Source: Lama guanicoe (Eukaryota). From it: a DNA stretch of 64,000 nucleotides. The translations under genes were made by a program, and so were the position numbers. Shown here one piece after another: positions 58,452 to 64,000 of this stretch. Where the stretch lies: NCBI GenBank assembly GCA_013239625.1, contig MU056960.1:11860698-11924697 (forward strand). The letters are read 5' to 3'. Under the pieces are notes generated by a model. That model saw only the letters and a program-made list of their open reading frames with translations, had not been told where the DNA came from and did not search any database. The first letter of the stretch is position 1, and each line of letters begins with the position of its first letter.

Positions 58452-60084
58452 AGACCTCTCCCTGAACTCCAACCACTTTGGCTGGGGCCTGCCCTCCTCG
58501 TCCAACTCTTGCCAGACCCACATTTCTGAAGTCAGGACCCTGCCCTCAACCCCCTGGTGCTGCCCTGACTCCTGCCAGGTGGGCTGAGTCCCTTATAACC
58601 AAAGTGCTGCCCCTCACCCAACTTCAACAAATGTCACTCTCCAGAGATTCCTCCTGCTGCCCACAGCCCCTGTGTGGTGGGGGTTGGGGGGAGCAGCTGG
58701 GTGGAGCCAGAGTTCACCTCTGTCCCTTGGGCTCTGCCATCTGAACAGCAGACCTTTCTTCCCCTCCATGCCCACACCTGGATGGGGTCGGTCCTGCAGT
58801 GGGGGTCACCCATCCCACCTCCTGCCCTTCTCTGGTCTCCACTGCTTCCCTCTCCAGTTTGGTCCTTTTTGCAGAGGAGATGGTTTTTTGCTCCACTGAT
58901 CCACTCAGCCAACAGTCATTAGCACCTGTCAGATGCCAAGCATTTCTTGGGATTTAGCAGTGAGTGAGAGAGCATGCCTTATAGGTGCTCCCAACTCAGA
59001 AACCCCTGTCACCTGGAAAAGGCAGGAGAATGCACACCACAGAGCTTCCTTAATGGGGGAGCACTGGCCTGCTGGGTCCACCGCTGGCTGTTCAGCTGGT
59101 GCTGGGCCGTTGAGCCACTATCCTCATCCAACATAAAAATAGAAAGTAAAAGCCTTTCTACAGCCCAGGATTCTATGAGATGAAATGAGGAAAAAGACTG
59201 GACCTTGACTTATTAGTGGTTCCCAGCTCATTCGTGGTTCCAGGTCTGCGGGTCTTCCCAGCACCTGGGATCTCAGGACAGGCGCACCGTCAGGAGGCAG
59301 CTTCCCCATGGTCAGGCTCTGGTGAAGCGTTTGCAGCATCAGCGATCCTTTAAAACACTCAGTTTGAGGAGCTGCGTGGGGTTATCTAATGAGCCATGTG
59401 CTTGGCACTAAGTCTGGCTGGGCTTGATTCATAAGGAACCCCTGAGAGCTGTGGATAAGGGCATTTACAGGCCTAGAAAACCCTATATGCTCTTATAAAT
59501 GTTTTCTTCTCCCTTGAGGAAAGTAGGAGTTAAGAGATTTATGGGGCCTCAGCCAGGCCTCCTCCCCCAGGGCCACTCTCCCCGGCATCCCCACTGGTCC
59601 TGACGCAGCCCTCATCCCTGGCCACAGCCAAGCAGCCCAAGTGCCAGGCTCATGAGAGAGGAGACACCCAGGTGCCAGGCTCCCTTGCCAGGAGAGAAAG
59701 AGGCATTTCCCCTGAATATGCAGGGAGGCGTTGCCCAGAAAACATACAGCAGTTTCTAAAGCCACAAGCAAAAACTATAGCACCAGGCATGACTCAGACA
59801 AGCACCCCAGCCAGGCTCTGTTCTCTCCATGAAACCAGCACCGCCCAGCCCCTGCCTCTGGGGGCCTGGGTTGGCTTAGTATGTTCCTTAAGGTACTGAT
59901 GGCCCCCCTGCCACCCCAATGCTGCATCTGCCTATTCTCAAGAAAAGAGCCCAGCAGAAGTGCAATGTCAGTCTGTGAGTCCTACCCTCCCTTGAAGATG
60001 CCTACTGAGGTGTAATCAGGGATGCAGAGAAGGCCCCTCCACCAAAAAACCAAAGGGCACTTCCCTAAATGTGACTGCAAGCGG

Positions 60085-60290
60085 GCTTATAACGCCTGGG
60101 GCTGTTCCAAGCACTCGAGTGCTGTAACTCAATTAACCCTCACAACCGCCTTACAAAAGATGCTTGATGACTCTGCTCTTTTTACAGATGTGGAACCTGA
60201 AGCACAGATTGGTTCCCGTCTCACCCAATGTCATAGCACTAGGAAAGGCTGGGGCAGGATCCGAACCCCAGCGCTCATCCGAGTAGGCAC
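60085..60290 (-). mobile_element. MIR SINE
   Basis: TTAACCCTCACAACC...TTTTACAGATGTGGAACCTGAAGCACAGA...GGATCCGAACCCCAG. Confidence 0.8.
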
Positions 60291-61004
60291 TCCTCTGCTC
60301 CTTCTCCATCCCCACCCAAGCCCTCTGTCCCTTGACCTCAGGGGAGCGATTCCCAGGGCCCCCACCTTGGATCCTAGCTGGTATGGGCCTGAGGTCTTCG
60401 GAGGGCTACAAGATCCCCTCACAGAGCCCTCAGAGGCCCTAGGATGAAAGGGATTAGGCTAAGCATGAACATTTTTTCCTTGTTAGATTGTCCATTTTTT
60501 CCTTTCAGCACGTTCCTCATTGCAGTCATTCCTTTTCCTTTCCAGACCCCAGGAGCCAGAAATAAATTCATGCAGTCTTTGCATTGATGTAAATAACCAT
60601 CGGCTTTATTGAACCCATCTGCTTGGGCTATTGCTTGAAATCACAGCTCTGGAGTGTTTTCCAAGCACCCCTAGGGCATCAGGAAGTTTAGCTGCTGCCC
60701 TGCTCGGGCAGGTCTGCTCTGCTCCCTTCAAGAAGGACCCCCACTGTGGAAGCTGTGTGTTCATTTTATTGGTATCCTTACAGCTCAGAGTCTAGCAGTT
60801 ACTTCCCACCAACAATCAATTTCTCTTTCCCATCACCTCCTGCCTTCCAGGCCCACAGCCTGCCTGGCCCCATCATTCTGCCCTGGGACCTTAGGCTCGA
60901 AGGAAGACTGAGCCACCGGGTATCTCCCAGACCGACCCTGCCCCATGCAGCTGCCCCACGCTTCTCCACCTTCAGCTGGGGCTCCCTTCTCCTTCGACAA
61001 CAAT

Positions 61005-61220
61005 AATACAACAGCTAAATGTATCAGACACTTGTTATGTGCTAGTCATGGCTGTAAACCTGCGCAAGTATTATTCTGTTTTCTCTCAAAACCACCCCCA
61101 GGAAACTGAGGCACAGACAGAGGTGGAGTCATCTGTTCAAGATCAAACAGCTAGTAGGAGGTAGAACCAGGATTTGAACCCTAGAAGTCTGGCTCTAGGG
61201 CTGGGGCTCTTGATCTACTA
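61005..61220 (-). mobile_element. MIR SINE
   Basis: GGAAACTGAGGCACAGA...CAGCTAGTAGGAGGTAGAACCAGGATTTGAACCC. Confidence 0.9.
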
Positions 61221-61954
61221 CAAAAACCCTCAGCTCTCCAAGCTCCACGTGTCTGGAAGCTCCGGGGATTAGAGCCCAAGACTTCTGTTGAGCGTGGCTG
61301 ATCTTCTGTCTTCCAGTTGAGTTGTTCTTTATTTTCTGGTTTTCCTTCGTTGTGTTGTTTCATTTGCTTTGTTTGCATCTTTCCCTTATTTCCTGCACCC
61401 CCTGAGTGTCACTCATGACTTGAGCCTTTATTACGCTCAGTGGGGCTCATCCTTATTTCTCTCTTCTCTTTCTCTCTTGCTCCCACATTCAGGCAGTAGC
61501 AGAGCCCTCTGGATTCTTTCACCTCAGTAAGATGTACTGAGCACCTCCTATGTGCCGAGCACACAGTGGGTGCACAAGGTGGATGGAGTCCCTGTGCATG
61601 TGACATTTTGAGTCCATTTCCTTTGCCTCTCATTCCTCACACCACCCATCCTCCGGCCCTGGTCCCAGTTCAGGCTGATTTTCACACTCACCTGTGCAAT
61701 TGTTGCTCCCTCCCCGACGTACATTTTGCCTCACCCTGCACGTGGCTGATGAATAAACATTACAGAAGCCCACCGGAGATCAGGTCTTTGCTGGAGACCT
61801 CTGCTTGGAGCTCAGGCTTGGAGTGACAAGCCACCCAGTAGTCCCTACAAGATAGCATACCAAATCCCCAGCCTGGTGCTCTGGGCTCACCTAGACTGTC
61901 AGTTCCTACTTGTCCAAGTACACTTCCGACTGCATTTCCTCACTTAGCCTATGA

Positions 61955-62154
61955 CAGCATTTCTCAGAGGGCAACCCCACACCTGCATCAAAATCACTTA
62001 TGTGTCCATTAAAATGCACCCTTCTCCAACCTTTGAAATCAGAATCTCCACAGGTGGGATCCAGGAATCTGCCTTTGAACCAGCTCCTTGGTGACTGGCG
62101 TGCACTCCACAACCTGATACCCACCTGCCGAGGCAACAGCCTTCTGAACTACTG
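61955..62154. mobile_element. MER5B-type MITE
   Basis: CACCTGCATCAAAATCAC...AATCAGAATCTCC...CCAGGAATCTGC. Confidence 0.8.
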
Positions 62155-62204
62155 GTTTCAATCTGTTCCACAACAGGATCCACAATGGCAGCCCCACCAC
62201 CAGA

Positions 62205-62790
62205 TCTCCATGTCCAATCCTACCTACTCTTCAAGGCCCATCTCAGTGGTCCCTCCTCTGTAACACCTGCTAAGAGTCCACTTCTTGCCACCCCAGCTGA
62301 AATCAATCTCTCTCCTTTTCTGGTATGAGATCCCTCAGTGGATCAGAGTGTCTTTCATTACCTTCACTACTTTCCCTCTAGCTTGTATTATTATGTATCT
62401 GTCAGTCTTATCACTATTATTAGACTGCAAACATTTTAAAGACAAGATCTATCTCTTAATCAACTGACCAGGATGCTGTGAAAATAGCAGCCAAAGAAAT
62501 CCTTCAAAAACATCTCAGTATGTCAGTCTTCTACTTCAAAACCTACAGTGGCTCCTCGTGGCACTGGAGTAAAACCCAAATCTCCTGTGATGCCCCACAA
62601 GGCCTCATGTGGTTTGGCCCCCTTTACCTTTGTGACCTCCCCTCCCACCACTCTGCCTCTTGTTGCTTCCACTCCAGACACACTCCCTCCTTGCCAGACC
62701 TCAAGCATGCTCCTGCCTCAGGGCCTTTGCACTGGCTGCTGGATCTGCCTAAATGCCCTTCCTCTATGTAGCAGCCTGGTCCATCTTTCT
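62205..62790 (+). mobile_element. L2 fragments
   Basis: CTACTCTTCAAGGCCCATCTCA; CATGCTCCTGCCTCAGGGCCTTTGCACTGGCTG. Confidence 0.85.
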
Positions 62791-63005
62791 TAGAATTAGA
62801 CTCAGACTCTGACCCTCCTGCACCCCTCTTACAGGAACCTTTGTGGTCATATCAGGCCCACCCAGAAAATCCAAGAGCATCTCCCCATCTCAAGATCCTT
62901 AACTGAATCACATCCACAGAGCTCCTTTTGCCACATAAGGTCACAGTCACAGGTTCTGGAGATTAGGCTGTGGACATACTTGTGGGTCATCACTCAGCTT
63001 CCACA
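62790..63005 (-). mobile_element. MLT1C/D LTR fragment
   Basis: CATCTCCCCATCTCAAGATCCTTAACTGAATCACATC...TTTTGCCACATAAGGTCACA. Confidence 0.85.
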
Positions 63006-63339
63006 CCCCACATGGGGTCAAGGCACACCTCATCATATAGCAGGGTCCACTCATCTCATCCTAGGTGTATCTAGGGAATTCATGTCCAAGCCAACTCCTC
63101 AGGTGGAGAGGAAGTGAGATCCCCAGAGAATCTATCAACTAAGGGACCTGTGAGAGGGACGGACTGCCTGCCCAGACCTCCTGCTCAGGTTTAGGAAAGT
63201 CTCAAATGTTCATTTTGCCTTCCTGCTTCAGATAAAGTCCTCCTCAGAAAGTCCTCCTCTGGAAGGACTTTCCATCCACGCGCTGCACTGGCTGCCATGT
63301 GATGTGATGGCCAACCGGCCACACGCTGCTTCACACTGC

Positions 63340-63630
63340 AAGTTGAAGGCCTCTCTGCAGAGGTGATATTTGAAAAGACACCTAAAGAAAGAGAATGAAC
63401 CAGCCATCAGAAGGGCTGGGGAGGGAGCACGCCAGGCTGAAGGAATAAAAGCACGAAGGCTTGAAGAAAGAGAGAACTCAATACCTTTGAAGAACAGAGA
63501 GAGGCTAGCAAGGCTGGAGGTCACGAGCGAGAGAATTTGGGATTGGAGACGCAGGCAGAAACCAGATTACTCCTGACCTTGGGGGCCATGGGGGAGAGGT
63601 CTGGAGTCTTCCAAGAGCAAGGGTAAACTG
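63340..63630 (-). mobile_element. L2 fragment
   Basis: GAAGGCCTCTCTGCAGAGGTGATATTTGAAAAGACACCTAAAG. Confidence 0.8.
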
Positions 63631-63639
63631 ATGAGAGTA

Positions 63640-63930
63640 ATAATAACCACCACAGTAACTAACCATCATATGCATATTGCCATGTATATGTACACAAGAC
63701 CTGTAAGCATTGCACCAGTGACTGTGTTAAGTACTTTATTTACATCAGTTTAATTCTCAGAAGTTTGCATGAGAAGATATCATTATCCCCATTTTATAGC
63801 TGAGGAAATTGAGGCACAGAAATGTTAAGGGACTTGCCAAGCCCACACAGCTAGCTGGTGGTGGAAGCCAGAATTCAAACCCAGGCCATCTGGTTCCTCA
63901 GTCCATGTTTTAAGCACTGGGCTGCATACT
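63640..63930 (-). mobile_element. MIR SINE
   Basis: ATTATCCCCATTTTATAGCTGAGGAAATTGAGGCACAGA...GAATTCAAACCCAGGC. Confidence 0.93.
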
Positions 63931-64000
63931 GTTTTTCTTGCTGAGGACTTCACACAAAAAGATCATTCTGTGTGCGGCGGGGGAGGGGGATGAACAGGCG

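Noticed and set aside
1-64000. CRISPR arrays, operons or prokaryotic defence systems
   Set aside because: The sequence is mammalian and has no regularly spaced repeat-spacer structure

Overview
This is repeat-rich mammalian genomic DNA, almost certainly camelid (Camelus/Vicugna/Lama) given a Vic-1-type tRNA-derived SINE at 27802-27987. It looks intergenic or intronic, and I recognise no protein-coding gene. Most of the ORF track is chance ORFs in old repeats; the only protein I can name is a decayed L1 ORF1p (9278-9928). Much of the window is old eutherian TEs (MIR, L2, L3/CR1, MLT1/MLT2/MER21 LTRs, MER5/MER58/MER63/Arthur1 DNA transposons, L1M/L1ME) plus younger L1 3' ends. There are four N gaps of 132-180 nt. 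The best-supported unusual signals are non-standard cargo mobilised by L1, each with visible target-site duplications (TSDs): a tailless 5'-half tRNA-Ile(UAU) retrocopy (5888-5930), a poly(A)-only insertion (7071-7082), an unidentified mRNA 3'-end retrocopy (33661-33952), a retroposed composite of older repeats (55118-55668), and a SINE and L1 sharing a triplicated target site (27787-28673). A TE-poor block at 20.9-23.6 kb holds a candidate minus-strand spliced transcript with a possible 79-aa ORF. There are also several candidate enhancers. I cannot claim a new biological system from sequence alone. TE subfamily names come from remembered consensus sequences, and boundaries without TSDs are approximate.
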